The translations under genes were made by a program, and so were the position numbers. Below the pieces are notes generated by a model. The model was not told the origin of the DNA, did not search any database, and was given only the letters and a program-made list of their open reading frames with translations. Shown here one piece after another: positions 1 through 10,779 of a stretch of DNA of 64,000 nt (position 1 is the stretch's first letter; each line of letters starts with the position of its first letter). This DNA comes from a virus, in the IMG/VR virus record IMGVR_UViG_3300042905_004067; one strand, given 5' to 3'.

Positions 1-222
1 GACAGCCGTGACGGGCGCGATGTTTGGGGGAGCACACTCCTGCCACGAATCGCTGTAGGTATCGTAACGCCACATGGCTTGGGCGTTGATGTAGTACATG
101 TATCGTGCTTTTTCGTCCGAAGACACCAAAGCAGAAGTGCTGACTGTTGCGACTGGCGCAAAACGCATCCACTCAAATACTGGAAGATCAACTTGTGGTT
201 TTAATAAATTTTGAAGTGCCAT
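1..222 (-). CDS. Hypothetical, probably virion-associated protein (3'-partial, runs off window)
   Basis: Read manually: ATG at 222, MALQNLLKPQVDLPVFEWMRFAPVATVSTSALV..., open to base 1; follows the 237..884 gene. Confidence 0.7.
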   Translation of the reverse strand, partial: MALQNLLKPQVDLPVFEWMRFAPVATVSTSALVSSDEKARYMYYINAQAMWRYDTYSDSWQECAPPNIAPVTAV

Positions 223-236
223 ATATTAATTTCCTA

Positions 237-884
237 TTATGTAAATATCAAATTTCTACGAATTGCGGTTCCATATGAAGTTCGTGCTTCTTCAATAATG
301 CGCCAACGCTCGTCTACAAGACCACTTACTACATGAAGAAGTGTGGTATTCGATTTTGTTGCGTATGGGCTTACTTGGTTCGACTGCACATACTGAAGGT
401 CACTGGCTCCAATAGAAAGAGTCGTTGCGCCAGAGACAGAGGCAGTAACAGTTCCAGATACAGGAATGGTTGTGGTTACTTCGGTGGGGCTCTGACCAGC
501 CGTGCTGTTGCCTATTGCGTCAATGGTGATTCTCTGGCGCAAACGATTGTCAACAACTGCATTGCTCTCAAGGAGTTTGTTCATTCTACGAAGAAGAGTT
601 TGCAGACTTTCTTCATATGATTCGACATCCACATAAATTTGCAAAACATCAGAGGCATTCATGGATGTTGTATTATAATCCAAAGTCAGAACATTGTTAT
701 TAAAACTTACAGCACCCGTCGTTGGATCTGCAAAATTGTAAATTATTGTATTTGCTGTAGTATTGGTTATTAACAAAATATTGGCTAAAGTCAAAGATTG
801 AGCCAAATTTGAAAAGGTCACCGTTTTTGCAGTGGGGTCGAAGGTATAAGAACCTACTGTATCTGTACCTAAAAGTTTTTTCAT
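237..884 (-). CDS. Putative structural protein (Thr/Asn-rich, beta-rich N-terminus)
   Basis: 215-aa ORF preceded by the late-promoter-like motif GATAAATA. Confidence 0.6.
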   Translation of the reverse strand: MKKLLGTDTVGSYTFDPTAKTVTFSNLAQSLTLANILLITNTTANTIIYNFADPTTGAVSFNNNVLTLDYNTTSMNASDVLQIYVDVESYEESLQTLLRRMNKLLESNAVVDNRLRQRITIDAIGNSTAGQSPTEVTTTIPVSGTVTASVSGATTLSIGASDLQYVQSNQVSPYATKSNTTLLHVVSGLVDERWRIIEEARTSYGTAIRRNLIFT

Positions 885-894
885 ATATCTATCC

Positions 895-902
895 TATTTA
901 TC
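895..902 (-). promoter_or_regulatory. T4-type late promoter-like motif (GATAAATA)
   Basis: Matches the xxTAAATA motif seen upstream of many structural genes here. Confidence 0.55.
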
Positions 903-903
903 C

Positions 904-3234
904 TCATAATGCAACTGACATTGCTATAATAAAGGGTTTTAAATCTACGGCACCTGTCATGCCATTTACTGAATTTACGATATTTGGCGCACTTATATTT
1001 CCTGTAAATGATGCACCACTATTCCCAACAAGAGCCCCATTTATATGTACTGGTGTTCCTATCAGTCGCAGAGGACCGATATCCGGTGCTTGGAGGGTTG
1101 CTCCTGTATATGAATTATTATCTATTACAAGTTTTCCATAACCAATCACATCATCTATATCACCTAAACCTACAATACCACTTTCTGAATATATTGTAAA
1201 ATTACCACTACTGCTTGTTATTGTACCTGTATCTGTTATTTCTACATAATTTCCACCAACAGCCGTTGTTGAAACCCTGAAAACAGGTGCGGTAAGTTGT
1301 CCAGTGCTTGGAATTATTGAAACTCTTGGAGAAGTTGTGTCTGCTCGAACTACAGTACTTGAAGTTGATGAACAAAGCAATGGAAATAATTCAGTGGTAG
1401 CAGCAGAAGAATTTATAATTACTCCGCTGGCATTTCCGCTCAATCCCCCAATAAAAGTAGTTCCTGTCACGGTTCCAGTAAATACCGCACTTGTGCCATT
1501 TATTGGACCACTAAATGATGATCCGGATGCGCTTATTCCACTTGAAAAGTTTTGAAGAACTATAAATGTATTTGTTGTTCCGGTTGTAACACCAGTAACA
1601 GCACCAGTCAAACCATTGAAACTTATTACATAATCAGTTGGTGTCGCACCAGTGGCACCAGTATTTCCTTGTGGTCCCTGTGCTCCAGTAGCGCCGGTTG
1701 CACCAGTTATTCCCGGTATTAGAGAAGCAATTGTTGAAGTAAACGTACTATACTCTACTCTTTTTGTAGTATTATCATCTCCGTCTGCTACAAGAATGCT
1801 GGTACTTGATTTAAAATTTACCGTAGATGCTTGGTTGTTGAAATAGTTCAACATATTATCCATAGTAACCAAATACATTTCATTGGCTTTGGGGTTTGCA
1901 ATCAAACTTCTATCTTGCAAAAGTACCACATCACTTTTATCAATATCAGCTGAAGTTCTTATCGGAAATGTTGCGCCACCTCTTGAATAATCAATTCCAA
2001 AAGAATGCGTATTTCCCGCTATTGTGTAAGTTATTCCACGTTGTGCTCTTAAATTAACTATACCAGTAGAACCACTTATTGAAATAACATATGGCCCAGA
2101 AATTCCACCAACTACCCCGCCTCCAGTTCCTCCAGAAATATTAACTTCTACATTTTTTCCTTTACGAGTTACAGTAACACCAGAACCCGTAAAATTAATA
2201 TCATTTACAGATTTAATAATCTGTGCTTTGTTGAACTGTATTCCAACAGCACCACCACCAAGAGATGTTAAATCAAAAGTTCCTTTATTTGAAGAAAGTG
2301 AACTTATTAATTTTTCTATTTTAGTAGAATCAAATGATAAATGTTTTTTCTTTAAATCATATACTAAAGGATATGAGACACTTACTACTCCAGAATCACC
2401 AGAATCTCCTTTATCTCCTTTGTCACCCTTTACTCCTTTGAGTCCGGGTTTTCCATTTTTTCCTGCTGGTCCTTGTTCTCCTTTTTCGCCTCTATCTCCT
2501 TTATCGCCCTTCTCTCCTTGCTTTCCGGTCGCGCCAGTGGGGCCAGGTTTTCCTTCAGGTCCTGGTTCACCACGATCACCTTTGAGTCCTGTTGACCCAG
2601 GCTTTCCATCTTTACCATTTACACCGGGTAATCCCTGTTCACCACGATCACCCTTATCTCCCTTGTCTCCCCGTTCTCCTTTGTCTCCTTTATCTCCCTT
2701 AAGACCTTGAATGCCTTGTTCACCCTTTTCTCCTCCGGGTATTCCTGGCTCTCCTCTGTCTCCTTTATCTCCCTTGTCTCCTTTATCTCCCTTGTCTCCT
2801 TTATCTCCCTTGTCTCCCTTATCACCAACAGGACCCATTGGACCACGAGAACCAACTTCACCTCGTTGACCGGGGATTCCTTGTTCTACTATTTTTTGTT
2901 GTACTGTTTTATTTACAACAATTATTTTTGGTTCTTCTTTTTCTTTTATAGGCTCAACATATTGATTAAATAATTCCTGAATTAATTTTGTAGAACCTTT
3001 TAAAGTTATAATTCCATTTTCTGTTTTTAAATTAACAGAGGAAAGACCAAACCCAATTTTATATTCTGTTCCCGCTTCTTCTGAAATTTCAACAATAGAA
3101 CCAGCAGTTAAATTAAATTGATTATTTACTAAAACAAATTTATCACCGGGATTTGGTTTTCCAGTAATAATTTTAGAAGAACCTTTTGGTTCTTCTGGTA
3201 ATTCATTTTTAGAATAATCAAAAAAACTTTTCAT
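904..3234 (-). CDS. Collagen-like (Gly-X-Y) fibre protein
   Basis: About 54 GXY triplets (GDK/GEK-rich) with one interruption, a second short GAT/GPQ collagen stretch, and a Gly/Thr/Ser-rich C-terminus ending in [11 protein letters not shown]. Confidence 0.85.
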   Translation of the reverse strand: MKSFFDYSKNELPEEPKGSSKIITGKPNPGDKFVLVNNQFNLTAGSIVEISEEAGTEYKIGFGLSSVNLKTENGIITLKGSTKLIQELFNQYVEPIKEKEEPKIIVVNKTVQQKIVEQGIPGQRGEVGSRGPMGPVGDKGDKGDKGDKGDKGDKGDKGDRGEPGIPGGEKGEQGIQGLKGDKGDKGERGDKGDKGDRGEQGLPGVNGKDGKPGSTGLKGDRGEPGPEGKPGPTGATGKQGEKGDKGDRGEKGEQGPAGKNGKPGLKGVKGDKGDKGDSGDSGVVSVSYPLVYDLKKKHLSFDSTKIEKLISSLSSNKGTFDLTSLGGGAVGIQFNKAQIIKSVNDINFTGSGVTVTRKGKNVEVNISGGTGGGVVGGISGPYVISISGSTGIVNLRAQRGITYTIAGNTHSFGIDYSRGGATFPIRTSADIDKSDVVLLQDRSLIANPKANEMYLVTMDNMLNYFNNQASTVNFKSSTSILVADGDDNTTKRVEYSTFTSTIASLIPGITGATGATGAQGPQGNTGATGATPTDYVISFNGLTGAVTGVTTGTTNTFIVLQNFSSGISASGSSFSGPINGTSAVFTGTVTGTTFIGGLSGNASGVIINSSAATTELFPLLCSSTSSTVVRADTTSPRVSIIPSTGQLTAPVFRVSTTAVGGNYVEITDTGTITSSSGNFTIYSESGIVGLGDIDDVIGYGKLVIDNNSYTGATLQAPDIGPLRLIGTPVHINGALVGNSGASFTGNISAPNIVNSVNGMTGAVDLKPFIIAMSVAL
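2759..2812. repeat. 18-bp tandem repeat x3 (tctcctttatctcccttg) encoding GDKGDK
   Basis: Directly visible within the collagen domain. Confidence 0.8.
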
Positions 3235-3356
3235 TAAGAATGATAAATTTTCTTCTTAGATTTTTTCTGAACAGTCAATGACATTATTTTTTTGCCATTA
3301 ACATAAACTAATTTATTTGTTAAAGTCTTAAACTTCTCAGTTATTTCTAGTTTCAT
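3234..3356 (-). CDS. Small basic hypothetical protein (40 aa)
   Basis: [40 protein letters not shown]; overlaps both neighbours (ATGA and TAATG) and fills the gap exactly. Confidence 0.6.
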   Translation of the reverse strand: MKLEITEKFKTLTNKLVYVNGKKIMSLTVQKKSKKKIYHS

Positions 3357-3757
3357 CTGGTAACTCTTGGAGAAGAATCAAATCTTCCTTCAATCAAACG
3401 AACTACACTTCCACCAGTTATGCTAGAAAGTTGAAGATCATAAACAAATTTACCAATAGGCATATTTGCCATTCCAGATCCTTTTACTTCCAACAAAACA
3501 CCACCAGTATAACCAGTAGCACCAGCCAATGAACAGTTCAAAGTTATTCCACCATAACTTCCTGTAAGTCCTACCGTTGCACCAAATGGTGAAGAGGTAA
3601 ACACTGCAAGAACACCATCCATTTCATATGAACGACGAACTTGCATTTTTGCGGTTTGGTTTGAAAGATCTACAGCGGTTCCGTTTTCTTCCAAATAACG
3701 AATATGGAGATTAAAGTCTGAACCCTGTTCGGCTGATATATCGTAATTGGCAGACAT
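3353..3757 (-). CDS. Putative virion adaptor protein (BppU-N-like beta-sandwich)
   Basis: YDISAEQGSDF...VDLS..TAKMQVR...YDLQL...RLIEG pattern typical of phage structural adaptor proteins; AGGAG SD; late motif upstream. Confidence 0.6.
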   Translation of the reverse strand: MSANYDISAEQGSDFNLHIRYLEENGTAVDLSNQTAKMQVRRSYEMDGVLAVFTSSPFGATVGLTGSYGGITLNCSLAGATGYTGGVLLEVKGSGMANMPIGKFVYDLQLSSITGGSVVRLIEGRFDSSPRVTR

Positions 3758-3777
3758 AGATTAGCTCCTAACTAATC

Positions 3778-3785
3778 TATTTATC
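3778..3785 (-). promoter_or_regulatory. Late promoter-like motif (GATAAATA)
   Basis: Upstream of the 3353..3757 start and SD. Confidence 0.55.
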
Positions 3786-4991
3786 TCATCTACTAACTCG
3801 TTCTTTTTTCTTTTTTGGGGTTACTTTTTTTTGTTCGTTTTTTTCTATTCGTTTTTCTACTTGTTTTTCAACAATCTGGGAACGCAATTGAATTATTATT
3901 TTTTCATATTCCGCCAAATTGGTTTTAACTCTTTCCAACTCTGCATCAGGAATAAGTTTTCTGTCGATAAGTGCTTTACACGCATTATAACCAACCTCAA
4001 CCTTACCCGCATAGTAGGCTGTGCTGCCAATTTCATCTAAAATACCATAACGATACACATCATTATCAATGAATAAAATGTCATCTTTTGGATATGGTAT
4101 CTCTGCTGCCATTTTTGCAAAAGTGTATCCAAGGGCAGGCTTTCCTTGAATTCTGTATACTCTTGCAATTTGATATAATGGTTCTGCTCTTGATGGTCTT
4201 GCGTTATATGCATCCAAGAATGCTTGTTGTATTTCAACCCAAGGTTTATTCTGCATAGCCCTGCATATTCCTATTCTATAAATTGAATAGTATATTTCTT
4301 CAGGCCAACCACCCATTTCAATTCTCTTGACATATGCTGCTTCTGCCTTTTCCCATTGTTGAGAATCGAAGTAACTTTGTGCCAAATAAAATTGATAACG
4401 AACGTTTTGTGGTTCATCAATCAATGCTTTTTCTAAAAGTTCAGCATCTTTTTTGTACTTTTCTACTGGTTCAATATCTTTATTTCTAGCACCTAAAGTT
4501 CGTGCAACAACTCTATAGTTTCCTTCAAGACGTTGAATATTTGGAATTCTCCCATCTTCAACAGTTGGATATTCGTGTAGAACTCCAACATATCTCCAGT
4601 TATCATTTGCTTTAAATATTTGAGTTCTCCACCAAGAGAAATCCATTCTACCCATTAAAACTGCATAACCATCAGCATCCTTAATTTGATCTCTTGGTAG
4701 TTTTCCCTCAACAAAGTCATCAGCGTCAATCATGAAAATATAATCTGTTTTTCCGTTGCAGAGTTCAAGTGCTTCGGTTCTGTTGTGTCCGAAAGAAACC
4801 CACGGGCGTTCATGTAGTTCGCCTGGTATTCCTTTTTCTGCAAAATAGGTTTTAATTAATTCTTGAGTTCCATCTGTTGAACCAGTGTCAACAATCACCC
4901 AATAATCAATTTGATCATAAATGGTATCAAAGCACTCTTTGATAATATGCGATTCATTCTTTACGATCATCGACAGACATAATTTATTCAT
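3786..4991 (-). CDS. GT2 glycosyltransferase with C-terminal TPR-like repeats (candidate protein glycosyltransferase)
   Basis: LSMIVKNE...VDTGSTDGT...F..NR...IDAD...GVLHE GT2 motifs; helical repeats RYQFYLAQSYFD and RAEPLYQIA. Confidence 0.85.
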   Translation of the reverse strand: MNKLCLSMIVKNESHIIKECFDTIYDQIDYWVIVDTGSTDGTQELIKTYFAEKGIPGELHERPWVSFGHNRTEALELCNGKTDYIFMIDADDFVEGKLPRDQIKDADGYAVLMGRMDFSWWRTQIFKANDNWRYVGVLHEYPTVEDGRIPNIQRLEGNYRVVARTLGARNKDIEPVEKYKKDAELLEKALIDEPQNVRYQFYLAQSYFDSQQWEKAEAAYVKRIEMGGWPEEIYYSIYRIGICRAMQNKPWVEIQQAFLDAYNARPSRAEPLYQIARVYRIQGKPALGYTFAKMAAEIPYPKDDILFIDNDVYRYGILDEIGSTAYYAGKVEVGYNACKALIDRKLIPDAELERVKTNLAEYEKIIIQLRSQIVEKQVEKRIEKNEQKKVTPKKKKERVSR

Positions 4992-5766
4992 GATAAGCCT
5001 TTAATAATTTTAAATAAGTTTCCTTGATACCATCGAATATTCCAACTGGTTTAATTGGCAGTTCTGAATCTCCGCAGTAAAAACTCAAATTGTTTTTATT
5101 TTCAATTAATACTGGAACTTCATAATCACCAAGATTATTTATAATGTTTACAATATGTTTTAAAGAATATTTTTCTGTGTAGGAACAGTTTATTTCTTTT
5201 TCTAAATTATCTTTTTTAATATAGTATTCTACTAAAGAAATTAAATCAGGCATATAGAAGAAATCCATAATTTTATTAGAATGAATTATCATTGGTTCTC
5301 GTCTAATATATCGAATTATATTCGATTTTATGAATCGAGTTTCCAATTCATTGTAATCAAATACTCCAAATATTCTTAAATTATAAAAATTAGGCAAATC
5401 TAAAATTTGTTTTGCTATTTCTCTTTTGCTGCTTGCATATGGTGTATCACCATGAAATATTTCAGCACCAGAACCAAAAGAAATTAATTTAGAGAAACAG
5501 TTTTTGTTTGCTAATAAATTAGTAAACATTGACATGTTATTGTTAAATACAATTTCATTATCATGTCTGAGTCTGCTACCACCACTTATGGCTGTATGAA
5601 TAACAGAATCAAACCTTTTTCCTTCAAACCAAGAACAAGTTTTAGAATAATCCGTTAAATCAAAGTCATTTCTAGTAATAGAAGTAACCCGATATTGAGT
5701 AGATAAAGAAGAATGTAAACTTTTGGCAATATAACCATTACCACCAGTTATTAACACAGATTTCAT
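4984..5766 (-). CDS. NAD-dependent epimerase/reductase (extended SDR)
   Basis: ITGGNGYIA Rossmann motif, YASSK catalytic motif. Confidence 0.85.
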   Translation of the reverse strand: MKSVLITGGNGYIAKSLHSSLSTQYRVTSITRNDFDLTDYSKTCSWFEGKRFDSVIHTAISGGSRLRHDNEIVFNNNMSMFTNLLANKNCFSKLISFGSGAEIFHGDTPYASSKREIAKQILDLPNFYNLRIFGVFDYNELETRFIKSNIIRYIRREPMIIHSNKIMDFFYMPDLISLVEYYIKKDNLEKEINCSYTEKYSLKHIVNIINNLGDYEVPVLIENKNNLSFYCGDSELPIKPVGIFDGIKETYLKLLKAYHE

Positions 5767-6866
5767 GACAAAATTAACTCATTGAAAGTATAAATTTTAA
5801 ATATACCTTTGTTTTTTAATTCTTGCTTTAATCGATCCGTTGCACTTTTTGTTAGCAACACAACAATATCAATTTCATGAAATGGTACATCTTCTTGTTT
5901 GTATAGTTTTTTACCATATACTTCATCAACATAACCACAGAGATAATCATCAATTAAATATTTGATATTATCTGGATTAAACTTTGCATGTTTTACTAAT
6001 GCATCATATATTTTAGATGCACCTATTATAGCCACTCTGTTCTTAGAAGATAGTTGCTCAATTTGCTTAGATACTGAATCTATTTTTTTATGGTTTTGTT
6101 TTAATATATTTGAGTATTTTTCAATTGTTTTTTTGTTTGTTATCGATCTATTTTTCTTTTGGCACAATATGACTATATTATGCATGTCGTCTTTGCAATC
6201 AATAACAATCAATCCAAGAGACAATATTTTTTTACACAAAACAGATATAGAAAAATGATAGGTGTGTTTATCTATAAAAAATTCTTGAACATTAGTTTCA
6301 TCATCCAGCACAGAAGCACTAGGAACATCAATGTATAGATATCCATCATCTTTTAATAAAGATGATGCTTGAATAAGCATTTCATTGGCGGAATTTGCAT
6401 GTTCTAGTGTATGACAACAGTAGATAAAATCAAATTTATCACTATTGTTATAATTTTCAAATCTCGTGTTATGTATTTTTACTTTGTCGCTTTGAATGTA
6501 TTCGTCTAATATTTTACCATCTGGTTCCACTGCAACAATACTACAAGTGGGATTAATCTTTGCCAAATAATTTACAAAATGACCACGATTTGATCCTATA
6601 TCAAGAACCGAATGTACTTCTGATAAATTAATAAAAGTTTGAATAAAATCTAACGATGATTGAAGTCGTATTTTTTTACCGTGTCTTATGTTTCCCCAAT
6701 CAGCATCAGAACTAATTGATTTATTTGTGTGTTTGTTTTCTTTATTAGAATATACAGTTTGTAGTAATCCGCAATCATTACACGAATAAACAACTGCTCC
6801 AATTCTAGAAGTTGGAACAACATAGACTTTACTGAGACACTTACATTTACAAAAATCACACTGCAT
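5763..6866 (-). CDS. Class I SAM methyltransferase with N-terminal CxxC..CxxC (NDP-sugar methyltransferase-like)
   Basis: CDFC...CNDCG, VLDIGSNRG, HTLEH, YIDVP, C-terminal IIGAS Rossmann-like domain. Confidence 0.75.
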   Translation of the reverse strand: MQCDFCKCKCLSKVYVVPTSRIGAVVYSCNDCGLLQTVYSNKENKHTNKSISSDADWGNIRHGKKIRLQSSLDFIQTFINLSEVHSVLDIGSNRGHFVNYLAKINPTCSIVAVEPDGKILDEYIQSDKVKIHNTRFENYNNSDKFDFIYCCHTLEHANSANEMLIQASSLLKDDGYLYIDVPSASVLDDETNVQEFFIDKHTYHFSISVLCKKILSLGLIVIDCKDDMHNIVILCQKKNRSITNKKTIEKYSNILKQNHKKIDSVSKQIEQLSSKNRVAIIGASKIYDALVKHAKFNPDNIKYLIDDYLCGYVDEVYGKKLYKQEDVPFHEIDIVVLLTKSATDRLKQELKNKGIFKIYTFNELILS

Positions 6867-7521
6867 AATTTTGATATTGTTTTTTGATTATAGTGTTGTC
6901 AACATTTGATTGCAAGAAATCGTTTAAAGAATGTACATCATTATTTATGATATCCTCGTAAGAAATAACAACATGTGGACATCGACGCATCTGCCAATCT
7001 ATGCAGTTATTAATGTGAGAATAATATTGATCAAATTCTATTCTTTTAACCATATGTGGTCCTTGCACAATATTATGTTCAAACAAATTACCATAATGAT
7101 TAATCATTGATAATTTTACTGAATTTTTATTCCGTATAACTTTTATAACATGCAAATTAGCAAAATTATACTGATTGAGTGTGAATGCCAATCTTGAGTC
7201 TTTAATAAACCAACCAGTATATGAATTCAATTCAGAATTAAGATTAATCATATCTAAATTGTTGCTATTGTGATTTTGTATCTCGTTTAATGTTGGTGGA
7301 TTTAAAAAACTATATTGATCATTTATTTCTTTTATTAGAGCATCATTAGTTTTAACTACATCAATTCTTTCAAAATAACCATCTGGATTAAACTTACTAT
7401 TTGGTTTCATCAGTTTTTTAGTACCATTCATGTCGGCGTCAAAGCCAGCACTCTTTACTAAATTGGCAACTAATGAAGTTCCACTTCGAGGGCAACCTAG
7501 AATTACTATATTTTTATTCAT
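6856..7521 (-). CDS. Sulfotransferase family protein
   Basis: ILGCPRSGTS PAPS-binding loop, NPDGYFE, KDSR, SYED. Confidence 0.8.
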   Translation of the reverse strand: MNKNIVILGCPRSGTSLVANLVKSAGFDADMNGTKKLMKPNSKFNPDGYFERIDVVKTNDALIKEINDQYSFLNPPTLNEIQNHNSNNLDMINLNSELNSYTGWFIKDSRLAFTLNQYNFANLHVIKVIRNKNSVKLSMINHYGNLFEHNIVQGPHMVKRIEFDQYYSHINNCIDWQMRRCPHVVISYEDIINNDVHSLNDFLQSNVDNTIIKKQYQNYAV

Positions 7522-9286
7522 AAGATATTGGTTTTACTAAAAGATTACTATTAAATTCATCACGATCTAAAAACGGAAAAAGATCTTCCATTGGTCTTGT
7601 AGAAAAACTACCATCGGATTTTTTGTAAACTGAGGCCTTTGGTAAAGTCTTATGGTTTTGATCTACAATTAATTCACAGATGACAGGTCCAGAACGCAAA
7701 AGAACATCAGACAACTGGGTTTTCAAATTTACTTGATTTGTAATCTTTACATAGGGTATCTTGTATGCCAGTGCATTCAATTCAATTGAAGGCAGACTTA
7801 ATCCACTTGATGGATCACTTACAACCAAATTACCACCAAAATGAGTATTTTGAGTTGTTTTTATAGATCCATATCCATTATTGTTTAACACAAACAGTTT
7901 GATTGGTAACTGATAGCGATATATCAATTCTAATTCTTGTATATTCATAAACAATCCACCATCACCATCGATACAGATAGTTTCTTTATTGCTGGCCAAT
8001 GCAGCAGCAATTGCTGCTGGTATTCCAAATCCCATAGAACCCAATCCTTCACTATTATAAACTCTTGTGTTCTTTTTGATTTGAAACGCCTGCATTGTAA
8101 CTTCACTACACGCACCGGAACTGCCTGGAACTAATAAAGATCCTTCTGGTAATAAATCAGACAGATGTTTTATAAAAGCATAATTATTGATATTCGGTTT
8201 GTTTGGCTCTAAGTATTCTTCTAGAATTACCGGATATTTTTCATACATCATCTTACAGGTGTTCAACCAATCAGAAGGAATCGTATTAGAAATTTTGCTA
8301 TTTGTTTCTCGGAGAAATACTTTGGCGTCGGCAACAATTGGATAATGAACATGAATTCCTAATTTATTGATTTCGTTCTCATCTATGTCAACAATACAAC
8401 GAACGGCCTCTCTGGCAAAATATTGAGGTTGATATGCTAACTGCCCATGATCTAATCTAGCACCAATTACTAATATAAAATCCGAATTCTGTTGATTAAA
8501 ATTTGCACCTCGTTGACCAACACCACCAGGTCTTCCAACATACTGAGGATGAGTTTCTTCAAGAAAATCCATTGCTTTCCATGTAGTTAATACTGGTATC
8601 TTTGTCTTATCAATGAACTCATAGAATTCTTGCATGGCACCAGATAATCTAACACCATTTCCAACTAAAACAATTGGTCGTTTTGCTGAATGCAACTCAT
8701 CAATCAAACATTGAATATTTTGTAAATTGTATGTTACGTTTTCTGGTTGAAATCCAACAAGAGAATCTTCGTCAATATCCGCAGCCTGAATATCAAGAGG
8801 AATATCTAATAGAACAGGACCTGGTCTGCCATTTTTCGCTAACCAAATTGCCTTTTCAAAATGATAACGAACTGTTTTTGGATCTGTTATCGTGACTGCA
8901 TATTTAACAATAGGTTTATAAATGGATACAGTATCAATCTCTTGAAATCCACATTGTCGTACTCCAAGATTACCAACTCTGTCTTTGTTCTGGACTTGCC
9001 CGGTTATCAAAAGAACAGGAATAGAATCTAACCAAGCAGAAGCAATTCCCGTCAATGCATTTGTTGATCCAGGTCCAGTAGTAACTAAAGCAACTCCAAT
9101 ATTGTTTGTATATTGGGAATAAGATTCGGCACATATCGAAGATGCTTGTTCGTGTAGATTTGGTATTAATTTAATGTTACTCCTGCTCAATGAATCTACT
9201 AAATGAATACAACCTCCACCAGAAACAAGAAAAACATGTTTAGTATACTCTTCTAATTGCTTAATTATGTAATCTGATAATTTCAT
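7514..9286 (-). CDS. TPP-dependent acetolactate-synthase-like enzyme (YerE-like sugar-branching carboligase)
   Basis: HEQ, TTGPGSTN, RPGPVLLDIP, GSMGFGIP, GDGG...NN TPP motif; sits in a sugar cluster with RfbH. Confidence 0.8.
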   Translation of the reverse strand: MKLSDYIIKQLEEYTKHVFLVSGGGCIHLVDSLSRSNIKLIPNLHEQASSICAESYSQYTNNIGVALVTTGPGSTNALTGIASAWLDSIPVLLITGQVQNKDRVGNLGVRQCGFQEIDTVSIYKPIVKYAVTITDPKTVRYHFEKAIWLAKNGRPGPVLLDIPLDIQAADIDEDSLVGFQPENVTYNLQNIQCLIDELHSAKRPIVLVGNGVRLSGAMQEFYEFIDKTKIPVLTTWKAMDFLEETHPQYVGRPGGVGQRGANFNQQNSDFILVIGARLDHGQLAYQPQYFAREAVRCIVDIDENEINKLGIHVHYPIVADAKVFLRETNSKISNTIPSDWLNTCKMMYEKYPVILEEYLEPNKPNINNYAFIKHLSDLLPEGSLLVPGSSGACSEVTMQAFQIKKNTRVYNSEGLGSMGFGIPAAIAAALASNKETICIDGDGGLFMNIQELELIYRYQLPIKLFVLNNNGYGSIKTTQNTHFGGNLVVSDPSSGLSLPSIELNALAYKIPYVKITNQVNLKTQLSDVLLRSGPVICELIVDQNHKTLPKASVYKKSDGSFSTRPMEDLFPFLDRDEFNSNLLVKPISYE

Positions 9287-10779
9287 AGCCAGTATGTTAC
9301 AAAAGTCTTGCGGTCTTTATTTTTTGCTATTGATTCATCGGTATAATACGAATCATTTAAATAATGCGTTGAAGATACCTCTTCGATTATACATCCAGTT
9401 TTAGTTGTAAATTGATGTCTAACTTCTTTTTCAATTGTCACAACATCACCCTTCTTTAGAATTTGAGTTGTGCCATCAAGAGAAAGTTCAACTTCTCCAT
9501 GCAATACAACAAAAGTTTCTTCCTTTTGTTTATGATATTGTTCTGGGTGTGTTTGATTTGGCAACACAATAATAAGTTTTTTGCAATACTCACGATTTAC
9601 TACTGTGATCATGGTAATTCCAGTTCTATGGAACTGATCAATACCATAATGATGTGATATTTCTAAATCTGCTTTGCCTGGATAAACTACTCCAGAATTG
9701 TTTAAAAATGTTTTAACTTCTTGAACAATTTTCCATATTTGTTCTCTTGTATTTTTCACTTGAACATTTTGTTTCAACATTGGTTTGTTTGCGGAAATTG
9801 ATTCGATAGCAATGTATTGATTATATTTGGATATATCATTTGCCAATACTTGATTTTCAATATTAGGCCAAGCATAATAAATGTCATTTTTTGTAATCAA
9901 AGTACCGGGTTCAACATCAATCTTTAAATAAACGCCACGCTTAAATTGAAGAAGGTCTTTTTGTTCTTTATCTGAAATTGGAGAACGCTGATTATGAACT
10001 CCGCACATATCAACGGCAGAAGAAGCAGCAAATAACCAACTGTCGAATTGTTCTGGTGTGACAGAATATGCGTTTGGAATGTATTTGTCTGTGCATACTG
10101 CTACATGTTTTTCTGCTAATTTTATTCCTTTACCTATGGCAATTTTAATAGCATCACACTGACTTGGTTCTTCGTGCGTAGAATAACCAATAGGAATGTT
10201 TGGGTATCTCTGTTGCAATACATCTATTTGGTTTAATTGAAGGTGATTAGACTCTGTTGGATATTCTCCAACACAATGCATCAATGAAATGTCTTTGTTT
10301 CTGTGTTCCATGAAACTAACAACACTGTCTAATTGTTCCAAAGAAGCCCCAGCTGTAGATATAATAATAGGTTTATTTACTGTTTGTAATTTATTAAGAA
10401 GAGGCCAATCATTAAAAGAACAACTAGCGACTTTAACAATGTCAAAGTTCATATTTAGTATCAAATCAACAGAATTTTCATCAAATGCCGTACACATAGA
10501 AATAAATCCATGTTCTTTGGCGCACTTTTGTAATTCAGTAAAATCTTCAATTCCCAACATGGTTTCTGTAAATCTCTTTACATATTTGTGTTCCATATTA
10601 CTTTTATACTCTTGATGAATATAAGTAGAGAAATCTCGGAACTGAAACTTCCATGCAAATCTAAACTTGTCGGAATATTTTTTACATACAGATCCAAACG
10701 ATTGAATCATCAATTTACCGTGATTCACATCACCCATATGGTTATTTGCCATTTCACATATTATTAATGGTTTGTTCAT
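9283..10779 (-). CDS. neuB: NeuB-family nonulosonic acid synthase with SAF domain and C-terminal cupin
   Basis: EMANNHMG, KFQ, KVAS, ISTAG, MHCVGEYP, GYSTHE, EKH; C-terminal HPEQYHKQKEETF...RHQF cupin; start moved to MNKPL (ATGA overlap). Confidence 0.8.
   Translation of the reverse strand: MNKPLIICEMANNHMGDVNHGKLMIQSFGSVCKKYSDKFRFAWKFQFRDFSTYIHQEYKSNMEHKYVKRFTETMLGIEDFTELQKCAKEHGFISMCTAFDENSVDLILNMNFDIVKVASCSFNDWPLLNKLQTVNKPIIISTAGASLEQLDSVVSFMEHRNKDISLMHCVGEYPTESNHLQLNQIDVLQQRYPNIPIGYSTHEEPSQCDAIKIAIGKGIKLAEKHVAVCTDKYIPNAYSVTPEQFDSWLFAASSAVDMCGVHNQRSPISDKEQKDLLQFKRGVYLKIDVEPGTLITKNDIYYAWPNIENQVLANDISKYNQYIAIESISANKPMLKQNVQVKNTREQIWKIVQEVKTFLNNSGVVYPGKADLEISHHYGIDQFHRTGITMITVVNREYCKKLIIVLPNQTHPEQYHKQKEETFVVLHGEVELSLDGTTQILKKGDVVTIEKEVRHQFTTKTGCIIEEVSSTHYLNDSYYTDESIAKNKDRKTFVTYWL

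Noticed and set aside
2390-2880. CRISPR-like or other non-coding repeat array
   Set aside because: The repeats are in-frame codon repeats without unique spacers. No CRISPR array was seen anywhere in the window.
2228-2973. Plus-strand and alternate-frame repetitive ORFs (SPLSPL..., ETREIK..., SFISLV...)
   Set aside because: Shadows of the collagen GXY repeat; no independent start signals.
7514-9286. Acetolactate synthase as an amino-acid-biosynthesis auxiliary gene
   Set aside because: No regulatory subunit or other ilv genes; the context with RfbH and SDRs favours a YerE-like sugar role.
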